A stretch of DNA of 64,000 bases. Source: an uncultured Chloroflexia bacterium. GTDB lineage: Bacteria > Chloroflexota > UBA6077 > JACCZL01. The notes under the pieces were generated by a model. That model was not told the DNA's origin. It saw only the letters and a program-made list of their open reading frames with translations, and did no database searches. The stretch spans positions 111,250-175,249 of the forward strand of contig CAVXYC010000018.1 in NCBI GenBank assembly GCA_963765765.1. The letters are read 5' to 3'. The position numbers and the translations under genes were made by a program. Shown in pieces: positions 1 through 9,958 of this stretch (its first letter is position 1; the number at the start of each line of letters is the position of its first letter).

Positions 1-453
1 AGCAAGCGCGCCGTGCTCCTCGGCCAAGGAGCTACGTAGCTCTCGTAATCGGCCCTCTTCGGGCACTTCGTACTGTGCCAGCTCCTCGGTCGTCATCTTC
101 TCGCCCGTGAGGTAGTCGACCACGTCCGCGAAGAGCTGGTAGTGGCGGAACTCTTCTTCCAGGAATTGGATCTTGTGGAGGAAATCGTGCCGATCAACGC
201 CGTGCTCCAGCATGTCGTAATCATTCTTGAGCTCGTTGATCAGGCGAATGATGATGCCGTTGGGGCGTGGCTGAAGCTCCTTGTACGCTTGCATGCGCAG
301 CCACCGAAGATGCTCGTCCTTGCTGCGTGGCTGACTGAAGAACGTGCGAGTCACTTCCGCTTCCCCCGCCCACCAGCGAGATGCGAATTCGGTGAGCTCA
401 TTGCGGCGCTTTCGGGCTCGGATCTCATCCACTTTGATGCCTCCAGACGTCAT
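1..453 (-). CDS. hypothetical protein, N-terminal part (gene runs off the left edge)
   Basis: Minus-strand frame is open from ATG at 451-453 to position 1 (MTSGGIKVDEIRARKRRNELTEF...FLEEEFRHYQLFADVVDYL). Listed + ORF 142..474 is its antisense shadow. No family recognised. Confidence 0.5.
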   Translation of the reverse strand, partial: MTSGGIKVDEIRARKRRNELTEFASRWWAGEAEVTRTFFSQPRSKDEHLRWLRMQAYKELQPRPNGIIIRLINELKNDYDMLEHGVDRHDFLHKIQFLEEEFRHYQLFADVVDYLTGEKMTTEELAQYEVPEEGRLRELRSSLAEEHGALA

Positions 454-599
454 TGCCAAAGCTTCGGCAATTGATCAATTGCCATGTTGCATCCATAGTA
501 AGCTGGCTCAGTTGTAAGGCGCCACGAGCAAATTCATCATCTATACTGGCCTCAATTCGTGATTCCACGCTGGACGGAACGCTCAACGGAGAACTTCCA

Positions 600-1962
600 A
601 TGTTGACCCGCGACGACAACGAGATCTTGACTCGAGTAGGCCCCGGCACCCCGATGGGAGAGCTCATGCGCCAGCACTGGCAGCCAGTTCTCCTCTCCTC
701 GGAGCTCCCACAACGGGACGGACCGCCATTGCGCGTGCGACATCTCAGCGAAGACCTGGTGGCGTTTCGCGATACTGACGGTCGCGTTGGCCTGGTTGCG
801 GAAAACTGCCCGCATCGCGGCGCTTCGCTCTTTTTCGGTCGCAATGAAGAAGCAGGACTCCGCTGCGTCTACCACGGGTGGAAATTCGACGCTTCCGGCG
901 CATGCGTCGACATGCCCAACGAGCCGTCCGGAGAGCAACTTCAAGCACAAAGTAAAGGTCACCGCCTATCCCTGCCAGGAGCGCGGCGGGGTTATCTGGG
1001 CATATATGGGCCGCGCGGCCGAGCTTCCGTCGCTGCCTGACCTGGAGTGGAACATGGTTCCGGAAAGCCACGTATACCTCAGCAAGCGCGTGGCCCAGAA
1101 CAACTTTATGCAGTCGTTGGAAGGCGAGATCGACTCCAGTCACTCGGGCTTCCTCCACTCACTTATTGAGGAGGAAGCAAACTACGACACGATGAGCCTG
1201 CATCGCCGGCCCAACGCCATGCCCGATAGCAAGGGCATGTACTACAAGATGAAGGATCGGCACCCTCACTTCGAATCGCTACACACCGATTACGGCGTGA
1301 TGATCGGTGCGCGAAGGAAGGCCGAGGAAGATTCCTGGTACTGGCGTATCACCCAGTTCCTGATGCCGTTCTATACGATCATCCCACCGTACGGTCAGGA
1401 TCCGTCATTCAGCGGCCACGCCTGGATTCCGATGGACGACGAACACGTGGTGTGCCTGTGCTTCACCTACCACCCCACCAAGCCGCTGACCGAGAAGCAT
1501 CTGGAGAATCTGCGAAACGGCCGACTCGGGCTCCAGGGCCTACACCCGACCGTGGATGCATTCCTGCCGACAACGAGCCGCCCCGCCGGGGCCTGGTGGC
1601 CGAAGATCAATCGCGACAATGACTTCATGCAGGACTGGGATCGCCAGAAGCACGTCGCCTTCTCAGGCCTGCCCGGCACGTGGCCGCAAGATTCCGGCTG
1701 CCAGGAGACGATGGGACCGATCTACGACCGCACCAAAGAACGATTGGGCACGAGCGACACCGGCATCATCCAGGTTCGCCGACGACTCATCCAGGCCGCC
1801 AAGGAGCTGCGCGATACGGGCGAGGAGTCGCGCGAAACTCGCAATCCTCAGTCCTACGCAATCCGCTCCGCGGCTGTAGTGCTGCCACGCAAGGAGCACT
1901 GGGTGGAAGCCGCTGCCGAGTATCTCAGGGTCACGCCTGGTGTGAATTTCGCGGCGGCGTGA
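600..1962 (+). pseudogene. Rieske [2Fe-2S] non-haem-iron oxygenase, large-subunit type; one frame change near 927-931
   Basis: ATG at 600 (MLTRDDNEILTRVGPGTPMG). Rieske motif CPHRGASL..CVYHGWKF lies in the frame of ORF 453..1040. The continuation NFKHKVKVTAYPCQERGGVIWAYMG is in the frame of ORF 787..1962. Colinear with the intact paralog 24676..25887. Confidence 0.85.
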
Positions 1963-1981
1963 CTCGATGGCTGCCACTCTA

Positions 1982-2008
1982 CTGGGACCGCCGACATCCT
2001 GTCGGCCC
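1982..2008. repeat. left REP-like inverted repeat (contains the palindrome gccgacatcctgtcggc)
   Basis: Read directly; 27/27 match to the reverse complement of 2814-2840. Confidence 0.9.
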
Positions 2009-2113
2009 GGCCCCTGAGGGCTGCCTTAGGTTGCCACTACCACGATTGACAGGCGTGTTCGCCGGCGGCCCTTGTGGGCCGGGCCCACAAGATGTCGGGG
2101 CCCCGGTGAGGCG

Positions 2114-2710
2114 ATGACGATTCAATCAACGCCGCACCTGGGCTGGCACAGTCGAGGCTATCTCTCGCATCTCGACGAACCGGGACGCGTGCAAGTGATC
2201 ATCTATCGTCTGGCCGATTCGCTGCCGCGGCGCTTGGTCCATTCTTGGGCAGAGGATCTTCAGAACCTGGCCCCCAGCATGGCGCGCACTGAATTATCAA
2301 CGCGAGTCGCAGATGCGCTTGATCGAGGACTTGGTGCCTGCTGGCTGCGGCAATCAGAAATCGCGGAGATCGTCGAACAGTCCCTCCTGCACTTCGACGG
2401 CCAACGTTATCGGCTAGTAGCTTGGTGCATCATGCCGAACCATGTGCATGCAATGATCTGGCCAATAGATGGATTCTCCCTGGACAGAATTGTTCAGTCC
2501 TGGAAATCATTTTCAGCCGTGCAATGCAACAAATGATTGCGACGATCAGGCACTTTCTGGGCACGTGACTATTACGACCGATTCATTCGGAATGACGTGC
2601 ATCTCGAACGAGCCGTGGATTACATCGAAAACAACCCTGTGAAGGCAGGACTAGTTGACTCGCCTGAAAATTGGCCATGGTCAAGCGCCCGTCGTCGACG
2701 GGCCCCGTAG
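2114..2710 (+). pseudogene. REP-associated tyrosine transposase (IS200/IS605-like HUH Y1 transposase), in-frame TGA at 2534-2536
   Basis: WHSRGYLSHLDEPG N-terminus and HUH motif MPNHVHAM. After the TGA the same frame continues LRRSGTFWARDYYDRFIRN..ENNPVKAGLV..WPWSS (catalytic Tyr region). RBS ggtgagg lies before ATG 2114. Confidence 0.85.
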
Positions 2711-2813
2711 GCCGGGACGGCCGACATCTTGGCCACCCAGCACCCGAAGAGCCGCCTCGCGAAATCATTCCCGCCGGTGGCCGTGGAGGCCGGGACGGCC
2801 CTGCGAAGGGCCG

Positions 2814-2840
2814 GGGCCGACAGGATGTCGGCGGTCCCAG
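2814..2840. repeat. right REP-like inverted repeat
   Basis: gggccgacaggatgtcggcggtcccag, reverse complement of 1982-2008. Confidence 0.9.
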
Positions 2841-2846
2841 TGCGGC

Positions 2847-3540
2847 TTAGCTTCGCTTCATCCGATACAGCTTGATCGTCTGCCCGTGCTGCTGTGTCGG
2901 TAGGAGCTCGGGCTCGGCAACGATCAGCTTGGCCTGGCGTGCGAGCAGCGGGAAGCGCTCCGCGGCGCCGCGGCCTGGGTCGGCGATCCAGGCTTCACCT
3001 TCTGGATTGAGGTGACGCGGGTAGGAATCTCGCGACGGCGGGGGCGTTGCGCCACTCGTAGAGCACGTCCGCCCCGAGAATAAGGTCGAAGCGACCGCAG
3101 GGTGGCGGCTTTCGCCAATCTCCTACGATCATCCCGGTGGGCTCAGGTAGCCAGTCGTTAGCCAATACGCTAAGCGCGACGATCTCTAGCGCCCGCGGCT
3201 CCCAGTCGAAAAACGTCACTCTGGCGCCGCGACGAGCAGCCGCGAAGCCGCATGGACCCAGTCCACAGCCCAGGTCGAGAACGGTGAGATCGTCCAGTCG
3301 CGGTCCCGATAGTACGTGCGCAACGAGTGACTCCGCGGAAGCCCAGATCGTCCCGAAGTACGGCATGCGCTCATCGCCGTCGTCGAACTCCTGCTGCGTC
3401 ATAGCGTCAAGCGGCGCATCGGGATCTTGAAGCACCCACATGCCGAATGAACGATCCGGTTCGGTAGAGGTTGGGGCGCTGAATTCGCGCCAGATGAGCT
3501 GGAACCCGGCTGCTACGGGTCCAAGCTCACCCGCAAGCAT
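2847..3540 (-). pseudogene. class I SAM-dependent methyltransferase (lysine-methyltransferase-like); frame change near 3016-3024
   Basis: SAM motif I VLDLGCGLGPCG in ORF 2995..3540. The C-terminus RHLNPEGEAWIADPGRGAAERFPLLARQ..LYRMKRS continues in another frame to the stop at 2847-2849. Confidence 0.75.
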
Positions 3541-5205
3541 CTAAACCTGCGCGGAGACGGACTGTTCGTACTTGTGGCCGAGTGCCTCTTCCCATCGGAG
3601 GTACTGAACCATGTCGGCGTAGCTACGCTCGGTTCCGGCCGGCACCACGTCGTTTGGTGCTTCCATGATGCCGGTCAACCCTTGCTCAACAGCCAGTCCG
3701 GCGGCCCGCCATGCGCGAATTCCGCCAGCAAGCACACCAACCCGCCGATAGCCCGATACGGGCCATGGTGAGCGCGGCGAGGAGTGCATTCTGTCCATTG
3801 ACATCGCTCACCAACACTGGGGCATCGAGATCCGGAGCCGACGTCGGCCACGTTCAGCTCCAGCCAGCTACGCGACACCCATTGCGATCCGGGGATATGG
3901 CCGGCCGCGAAGTCCCGGCTCGTGTCCACAAAGATGATGCCGAGATCGGGGTTCGTTGCCAGCGCATTGCCGAGAGATATCGGGTCGATTGATGGCACCA
4001 TCCGCTCAGCTTCGTCAAGACCGAACGGCCGCGGGTCTGCGCCGCCCGTCTCCAGATCTTGCCCCGCGGCTAGCCATGCCGTTGTACCACCGTCCACGGC
4101 GTAAACCCGACGGAAACCCATCTGTCGGTACCACGATGCGGTCACGAATGAGCGCGTGACGCCATCGTCGCAGAACACCACATGCGCGGAGCGCACGGCC
4201 ACAGTATCATCGACACGTTGCACAGCCTGTCCACCCGGGACCCAGACGAATCCGGGGATATGGCCGGCCTCGAACTCTTCACGCGATCGGACGTCGATGA
4301 AGTACATGACGCGGTCTGTCTTGGCCATCATGTCACGCAGAGCGTCGATCGAGAGCGCACGCACGCCATCTTCCCTGGCTACTCGACGCGCGAATTCCTC
4401 TGCCCTGGCCTGCCCTTCGGCGGAGACGTCTGGCTGGCTCACGCGGTCTGCGTCGCGCTCGAGCGCGAGGCCCGCCAGCGACCAGCCAGATGTGCCGTTT
4501 CGTAGTCCAACGACGTTCTGCAGCCCCATGCGCTGAAGCGTGCGCGTGCCAATGATGCTCCGAGTCCGCCCCGCGCAGTTCACCACTACACGCGCATCTG
4601 GACGCTCGGCCACAATGTCGGCGATTCGGAAAGGGAAGCTCTGCTCCGGGCACGCTTCTGCCACCGGGAATGCAGCCTCGCTGGAACTCCTCGGGCGTAC
4701 GCGTATCCAGGATGACGACGTCATCACCCCGATCAAGCTGCTCCTTGAGCTCTGTCGCGCTGATCGAGGGCACATGGTGCTCCACCTCGATCTTCTCGCC
4801 GAAGTCCTTGCTGGGGACGTTCATGCCCCACTCCGTAGGAAACCCTTCGCTTGCCCAGCGATTGATCCCGCCGGTGAGGACGTCAAGAAACCCGTAGCCC
4901 ATGGCGGAGACGGTCTCGGCTGCCAACATCGCACGGCGACCATCGTCGTCGTACAGCACCACGGGTATATGCGGAGTCGGAACGAGGCGGCTGAGCGTGT
5001 ACTCGATCAATCTGCGAGGAACAGAGCTGGCGCCCGGAATGTGCGCCGCGTTGTACTCGCCCTGCTCTCGTACATCGATCAGCGCCATCGGGGTACCGGC
5101 CTCGATGCGCTTCTGAAGCTCAGCCGGTGTGAGCGTTGGCTCCGTAGGCGGACCGTGCATGGAACATGCGTCGGCTCCGAATTCTTCCATGCCCTCGACC
5201 GTCAC
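3541..5205 (-). pseudogene. multi-domain rhodanese (sulfurtransferase) protein, four rhodanese repeats; about three frame changes
   Basis: Repeats IDVREQGEYNAAHIPGA, ILDTRTPEEFQRGCIPGG, FIDVRSREEFEAGHIPGF and FVDTSRDFAAGHIPGS are spread over ORFs 4333..5205, 3675..4775, 3541..3804 and one unlisted frame. Shifts lie near 4630, 3832 and 3752. Confidence 0.8.
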
Positions 5206-5215
5206 GCTCGCCTCC

Positions 5216-5797
5216 TCAACAGTTGTCGAACTTGCCGCTTGCCCAGCGTTTCACGGCGCCGGTATTCAGATCATACGAGTAACGCGGCAGACCGACGAGA
5301 TCATCGCCGTACACATGGATCTCCACGGTGAGCTGATCGCTCGGATTGCGCATCTCGTGGATATCGTCCTCAACGGGGATCAGAAGTGAGATCTGACCCG
5401 GCTTCACGACGCTCGGGCCGATCTTCTCCAGCTGTGCGAAATCTTCTCGCGAGCGGTCATCCAGGCGTCGAAAGCGCGTCTCATGGATCTCATTGCTGAT
5501 AACGCCGATCATGCCCCACGTCTGGTGATCGTGGGGCGCGGCGTAGTCACCGGGCCCCCACACGACGGAGCTGACGAAGAGACCCGGCGAGCGATGAAGG
5601 GCATAGCTGCCGTGATTCGGCCGATTGCCCTTCCCCGACGGTACACGGTATTGCTCCGGTACCGCCGAGGGATCCTGGATCAGCCGCTCGAGCAGTGACG
5701 AGCCACGATCGTAGAGCACGTCGGGCGCGGGCTTCTCTCTCACCAATGCCGACATATCGGCAACGAATTGGTCTAGCGAATACCGCGTCATGGTCAT
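5216..5797 (-). CDS. cysteine dioxygenase type I-like cupin (thiol dioxygenase family)
   Basis: Cupin His pattern VVWGPGDYAAPHDHQTWGMIGV..HEMRNP; the size (193 aa) fits. Adjacent to the rhodanese gene. Confidence 0.65.
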   Translation of the reverse strand: MTMTRYSLDQFVADMSALVREKPAPDVLYDRGSSLLERLIQDPSAVPEQYRVPSGKGNRPNHGSYALHRSPGLFVSSVVWGPGDYAAPHDHQTWGMIGVISNEIHETRFRRLDDRSREDFAQLEKIGPSVVKPGQISLLIPVEDDIHEMRNPSDQLTVEIHVYGDDLVGLPRYSYDLNTGAVKRWASGKFDNC

Positions 5798-5828
5798 GCT
5801 GTTACTCCGATGGTGCTGCGTCCACTCT

Positions 5829-6983
5829 TTATCCTACCGCCTTCTTGAGCGCCTCCTCGTACGTTCTCATGGCATCGTAAGACTTGAGCTTGAGGTCCTG
5901 GAACTCTTTGCCGGGCAGAGGCAGCAGATCCGCTTCAACACCGGCGCCCTTGGCCCAAGCAAGGAACTCAGGGTCATGGATCGCGTTCAGGACCGCCGAC
6001 TCCAACACTGCCTGTCGATCGGCAGGAGTATTGGGCATAGTGGTGATGCCATAGATGAACGTCGCGAGCGCTGACTCCATTTGAGCCGCGTTGGGCACGT
6101 TCATTTCACGTGCCGTGGGCGTATTCGGGATCAGCGGGTTTCGCTGATCTTCCAGAACGAAGATCGGCCGAAGATCGCCCGACTCAATGAACCGCAGCCA
6201 CGATGTAATGGGCGAGGCAAACACGAGATCGGTGTCTCCGCGAATGACGGACGGGGCAATGTCGGCGCTGCCCTGGAAACCGCCGACGTGAACCGCGTTC
6301 TTGAGTCCGAGCGCCTCAACCAGCACGACGTGCTGGAGCAGGTGCCCACCAATACCCTCATTTCCGAATCGAAGACGTTGTCCGGCCGTGTCGGCGGCAA
6401 TGATCTCATCCACCGTATTGAACGGCGAATCCTTCCGGGTGAGCAGCGCGAACGGCGACTTGCGCACGCCCGCGACTGATGTCCAGGAACGGAGGTCAAA
6501 TCCTTCGGCACTCTCCACAAACGTACTCACATAAAGTGGGGGCTCGCTGAAATATCCGAGGGTATAGCCATCAGGTGGCAAACTCTGGAACTGCCGCGCG
6601 GCGAGCCGCTGTCCACCGCCCGGCACGTTCTTTACTACTACCGGCTGTCCAAGCAGCTTTTGCATAGGAATTGCAAGCTGCCGCGCCACAGTGTCGAAGC
6701 CACCGCCAGGCCCAAACGGCACGATGATCTCGAGCGGCTTTGTGGGGAAATCAGCGAGCTTGGCCACCGGCTTGGGCGCGGGACCAAGCCCCGGGGGCGC
6801 GGATGCTTGCGCGGCTGGCGATGCCGCCGGTGAAGCCGCTGGCTTCGCTGCGGCGGGAGAGGCTGCAGGCGCGCCTGGCGATGCTGGGGCGCTCGTGGCC
6901 GCTGCCTTCGCGGGAGCCGAGGTGGGGCTGGAGGCTGCTGGCGCACATCCGCTTAGCAACAGCACGCCGGCAAGGATACTCAT
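5829..6983 (-). CDS. tripartite tricarboxylate transporter substrate-binding protein (Bug/TctC family), lipoprotein
   Basis: LLLSGC lipobox, Ala/Pro/Ser linker, then PLEIIVPFGPGGGFDTVAR..VVVKNVPGGGG-like core. Start placed at MSILAGV (6981-6983) rather than the ORF-track start 7058. Confidence 0.8.
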   Translation of the reverse strand: MSILAGVLLLSGCAPAASSPTSAPAKAAATSAPASPGAPAASPAAAKPAASPAASPAAQASAPPGLGPAPKPVAKLADFPTKPLEIIVPFGPGGGFDTVARQLAIPMQKLLGQPVVVKNVPGGGQRLAARQFQSLPPDGYTLGYFSEPPLYVSTFVESAEGFDLRSWTSVAGVRKSPFALLTRKDSPFNTVDEIIAADTAGQRLRFGNEGIGGHLLQHVVLVEALGLKNAVHVGGFQGSADIAPSVIRGDTDLVFASPITSWLRFIESGDLRPIFVLEDQRNPLIPNTPTAREMNVPNAAQMESALATFIYGITTMPNTPADRQAVLESAVLNAIHDPEFLAWAKGAGVEADLLPLPGKEFQDLKLKSYDAMRTYEEALKKAVG

Positions 6984-7394
6984 GAATCCCTGGCGGAGTC
7001 GACTCGAGCCAGGTTGAAATAGGGTCGGGGGGCACAGCATGCGACAGCCTCCTAGCAATGCGAGCCGAACGATAGCATCCGGACCTGGCGCGCTGCATAA
7101 GATTGAGATTGAGACACGGTTGTGATCTCCAACGACATTGCAGCGGAAGGCATCGAGAAGCCCGGCCAGGTGGAGCGATTGCGCTCCATGGGGTGGGATA
7201 AGGGCCAGGCTACCTCTTCGGAAAGCCGCTCACCGCGGACGAGCTCACCACCCGACTCACTAACCTCCCGCCCAGCCTGGCTCGCCGCGTTAGCTTCAGC
7301 AACGCGGCGTAAACCGCCCGGGGCTCGCCTGCGATCATCGTTGAGCGGGCTATCGAGTTGCGGTTTCCGGTGGTTGGCCGAATAATCCCACTCC

Positions 7395-8624
7395 ATGCAG
7401 ACGCGAACAAGACGCATGTCGCTCGGCGCCGCGGTAGGGCTGGACGGACTTAGCAAGGACACCCAGCGCGGTTTAGCCGTCGCATTTGCCACGAGCATCG
7501 CGGTGGTAATGGGTGTGCAGATGATCTACCCCGTCCTACCCGCGCTGATGTTTCAGCTCGGGGTGGACGACAAGGCGATTGGCCTGGTCGTGGCCGTGTA
7601 CACGGCGCCGGCAATCTTTCTGGCGCCGGTCTTCGGCATTCTGACGGACCGCCATGGTCGCCGACCCATCCTGCTCGGCGGCCTGCTGCTCTTCGGATTG
7701 GCCGGTGGCGCCATTGCTCTGGCGCCCACATTCGAATGGGTCGTAGCGTTGCGCTTCATTCAAGGCGTAGGTGCCACGGCGTTGAGCCCCCTCACGATTG
7801 TCCTACTGAGCGACCTCCTCGAGGACGAGAGCCAGGAGAGCTCAGCACAAGGTTTCAAAGTTGTTCTCGATCGCGTGAGCACGATCTTCGTACCGGTGGT
7901 CGCGGGGCTGCTGGCCGCCATCACATGGTCGCTCCCCTTCTATATGTTCGCGCTCACAATCCCTCTGGCGTGGCTCGCCTGGCGCTGGCTTCCTGAGACG
8001 CAAACGCAATCGAAAGTCACGATGGGCGCGTACCTGCGTGGCTACGGGCACATAGCTCGGCATCCACTCCTACTCATGGCGTTCTTCGCGGGATTCCTGC
8101 GCTTCTTTCTGGATTACGCCTTCTTTACGTATCTGCCGATCTATCTCGCGCTGAATCGAGGCACATCAACCGCTGTCATTGGCCTCATCTTTGGCTGCTT
8201 CGCCGTGGGCGCGATTATCACCGCGAGTCAGGCCGGACGCATCATCCGCCTGGGCGACCTCACGAAGCTGGTTTTAGTGGGATTCGTGCTGGACGGCGTA
8301 TCGCTGATTGCCGTGCCGTTTCTACCCTTTGAACCGCTGATCGGCCTGGCCATGCTCGTCTACGGACTGGGCAACGGCATGATCTCACCGCTCCAAAAGA
8401 GCTTGCTGACCCGCAATGCTCCGGTGGATCTGCGCGTAGGCGTGGTGTCACTGGACCGGTTGATTCAGCAGATCGGTAAAACCGCCGCTCCTGGCGTGGT
8501 CGGCATGGCCCTTGTGATCGGTGAGCTGGGAATGGTGTTCTGGATTCTAGGCGCACTCTCCATTATCAGCGTCGTGGCCGTAACACGAGTGATGAGTTCG
8601 TCGCGAGTAGCGAGTAGCGAGTAG
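7395..8624 (+). CDS. MFS transporter
   Basis: 409-aa ORF with about 12 hydrophobic segments and the loop 2-3 motif GILTDRHGRRP. Exact start uncertain. Confidence 0.8.
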   Translation: MQTRTRRMSLGAAVGLDGLSKDTQRGLAVAFATSIAVVMGVQMIYPVLPALMFQLGVDDKAIGLVVAVYTAPAIFLAPVFGILTDRHGRRPILLGGLLLFGLAGGAIALAPTFEWVVALRFIQGVGATALSPLTIVLLSDLLEDESQESSAQGFKVVLDRVSTIFVPVVAGLLAAITWSLPFYMFALTIPLAWLAWRWLPETQTQSKVTMGAYLRGYGHIARHPLLLMAFFAGFLRFFLDYAFFTYLPIYLALNRGTSTAVIGLIFGCFAVGAIITASQAGRIIRLGDLTKLVLVGFVLDGVSLIAVPFLPFEPLIGLAMLVYGLGNGMISPLQKSLLTRNAPVDLRVGVVSLDRLIQQIGKTAAPGVVGMALVIGELGMVFWILGALSIISVVAVTRVMSSSRVASSE

Positions 8625-8701
8625 CGAGTAGCGAGTACGGATCTTCCCGCTCGCGCTTCCCTGTTGTCACTGAGTACTCGCTACTGGTTACTCGCTACTC
8701 G
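8603..8701. repeat. heptamer-tandem hairpin H1: (gcgagta)x5, loop, (tactcgc)x4
   Basis: Read directly. The first arm overlaps the last codons and stop of the MFS gene. The element fills the gap between convergent genes, so it could also act as a bidirectional terminator. Confidence 0.85.
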
Positions 8702-8705
8702 TTGG

Positions 8706-9089
8706 TTAGTCGATGACTGCGATGCCTTCGATCTCGAGCATGTAGTCGGGGTTGGCAAGGCCCGCGGCCACGATGAATGTGCTGGCAGGCAGTGGAGCCT
8801 TGAGGTACTTGGCGCGCACGGCAGCCACCTGCTCGCGGTAACGTGCGTCGCATACGAAGACGGTGATCTTCACCAGATTGCTGAAATCGCCACCAGCTGA
8901 CGCCAACGCTTTGCCAAGATTGCTGAAAATCTGCTCAGTCTGCGCCGTCACGTCGCCTTTACCGACAATCTCGCCCTGCTCGTTCTGGGACGTTTGACCG
9001 GCGATGTAAATGGTGTTACCCGCGCGCACCACGTGGCTGTACGTTGGCGGGGTGGGCAAACCCTCTGGCTGAATATGCTCAACTGGCAT
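8706..9089 (-). CDS. RidA/YjgF family reactive-intermediate deaminase
   Basis: MPVEHIQPEGLPTPPTYSHVVRAGNTIYIAGQ..ITVFV..LEIEGIAV. RBS ggagg lies before the ATG at 9087-9089; the upstream extension in the ORF track is discarded. Confidence 0.85.
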   Translation of the reverse strand: MPVEHIQPEGLPTPPTYSHVVRAGNTIYIAGQTSQNEQGEIVGKGDVTAQTEQIFSNLGKALASAGGDFSNLVKITVFVCDARYREQVAAVRAKYLKAPLPASTFIVAAGLANPDYMLEIEGIAVID

Positions 9090-9365
9090 GAGGAACCTCC
9101 GGTGCTGATCTAGATCGAGAGCATACCGGAGATGAACGGTAGTGAGACTTCTCCATGCGTGGCCGGCCAGTGAGACCATAGTTCGTCACTCGCCTAGCTC
9201 AGTATGTCTTCGCCTATGCAACATGGCGCCCTGGCGGGTCCTACAAAGGCTTGGACACCCTTCTGACGAATTTCTAACACTGTTCTGACGCGACTCCGAC
9301 CATGTCATTTCTATCCTCGTACTGGAAGCTGTTGAGCTAGCGAGTAAGGGTCAGGAGGTCGCACC

Positions 9366-9866
9366 ATGCTTCGACCATGGGGTTACCCACTGTTGCCGGT
9401 AGCACGCCGCTTCGTTGCGCGGGCGGCCTACCGCGTTGTTCGTGACACCACCACGGTGCTACTAGTCACTGTTCTGATGGCAGCCTGGATCCTAGGGGGA
9501 CCGTTCGTAAGCTCCCTCGGCGGGACATCAGGAGCGGCGATAGCTGATCAATCGGCAGACCAGTACATGCGCGCGCTACGAGACAGAGATAGCGCCGAGT
9601 TGTTTCGTAGTCTCTCTCCCGAGATGCGTGGACGGCTGGAGAGGCAAGCCGGGCTGGGAGGGCCAGCCGCGGCGACCTGGTTGTTCAATGAGGGTGAGCG
9701 GCGCGGGGAGCGAATCGTTGATTACCGAATGGTCGGGTCCGATCGGACAATCCAGGGGGACAAACTGTATTTCTATGTCGTACGCGCGGAGCGAGGCAGT
9801 GACCGGCGCGACATCCCGTACACGCTGACCGTCTCGTCGGATGGCAAGGTAACTGGCGTCGAGTAG
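9366..9866 (+). CDS. hypothetical membrane-anchored protein
   Basis: Strong RBS (caggagg) 6 nt before the ATG, and one N-terminal hydrophobic helix. No family recognised. Confidence 0.55.
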   Translation: MLRPWGYPLLPVARRFVARAAYRVVRDTTTVLLVTVLMAAWILGGPFVSSLGGTSGAAIADQSADQYMRALRDRDSAELFRSLSPEMRGRLERQAGLGGPAAATWLFNEGERRGERIVDYRMVGSDRTIQGDKLYFYVVRAERGSDRRDIPYTLTVSSDGKVTGVE

Positions 9867-9958
9867 GTCGTTTACGTCGGAAACACGAATTGGGGCACCG
9901 GAATCTGTCATGCTCCATCGCCAAGCCTGACGGACTCCGGTGCCCATCAACCTTCGAG

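Larger units (their letters stand above)
1982..2840. mobile_element. RAYT unit: Y1 transposase gene bracketed by inverted REP-like palindromes
   Basis: ctgggaccgccgacatcctgtcggccc (1982-2008) is the exact reverse complement of 2814-2840. Further GC-rich palindromes (cttgtgggccgggcccacaag, gccgggacggcc repeats) lie between these ends and the gene. Confidence 0.75.

Noticed and set aside
142-1158. ORFs 142..474 (+), 425..844 (-), 552..962 (-), 745..1158 (-), and the many similar overlapping ORFs throughout the track
   Set aside because: These are antisense or out-of-frame shadows of recognisable genes, which are typical in GC-rich DNA. They have Arg/Pro/Ala/Gly-rich low-complexity translations and no RBS.
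6638-7098. Ala/Pro/Ser-rich repeats (also 23241-23462 and 30641-30976) as repetitive DNA or separate genes
   Set aside because: They are the flexible linkers that follow lipoprotein signal peptides of substrate-binding proteins. The alternative-frame ORFs across them are artefacts.
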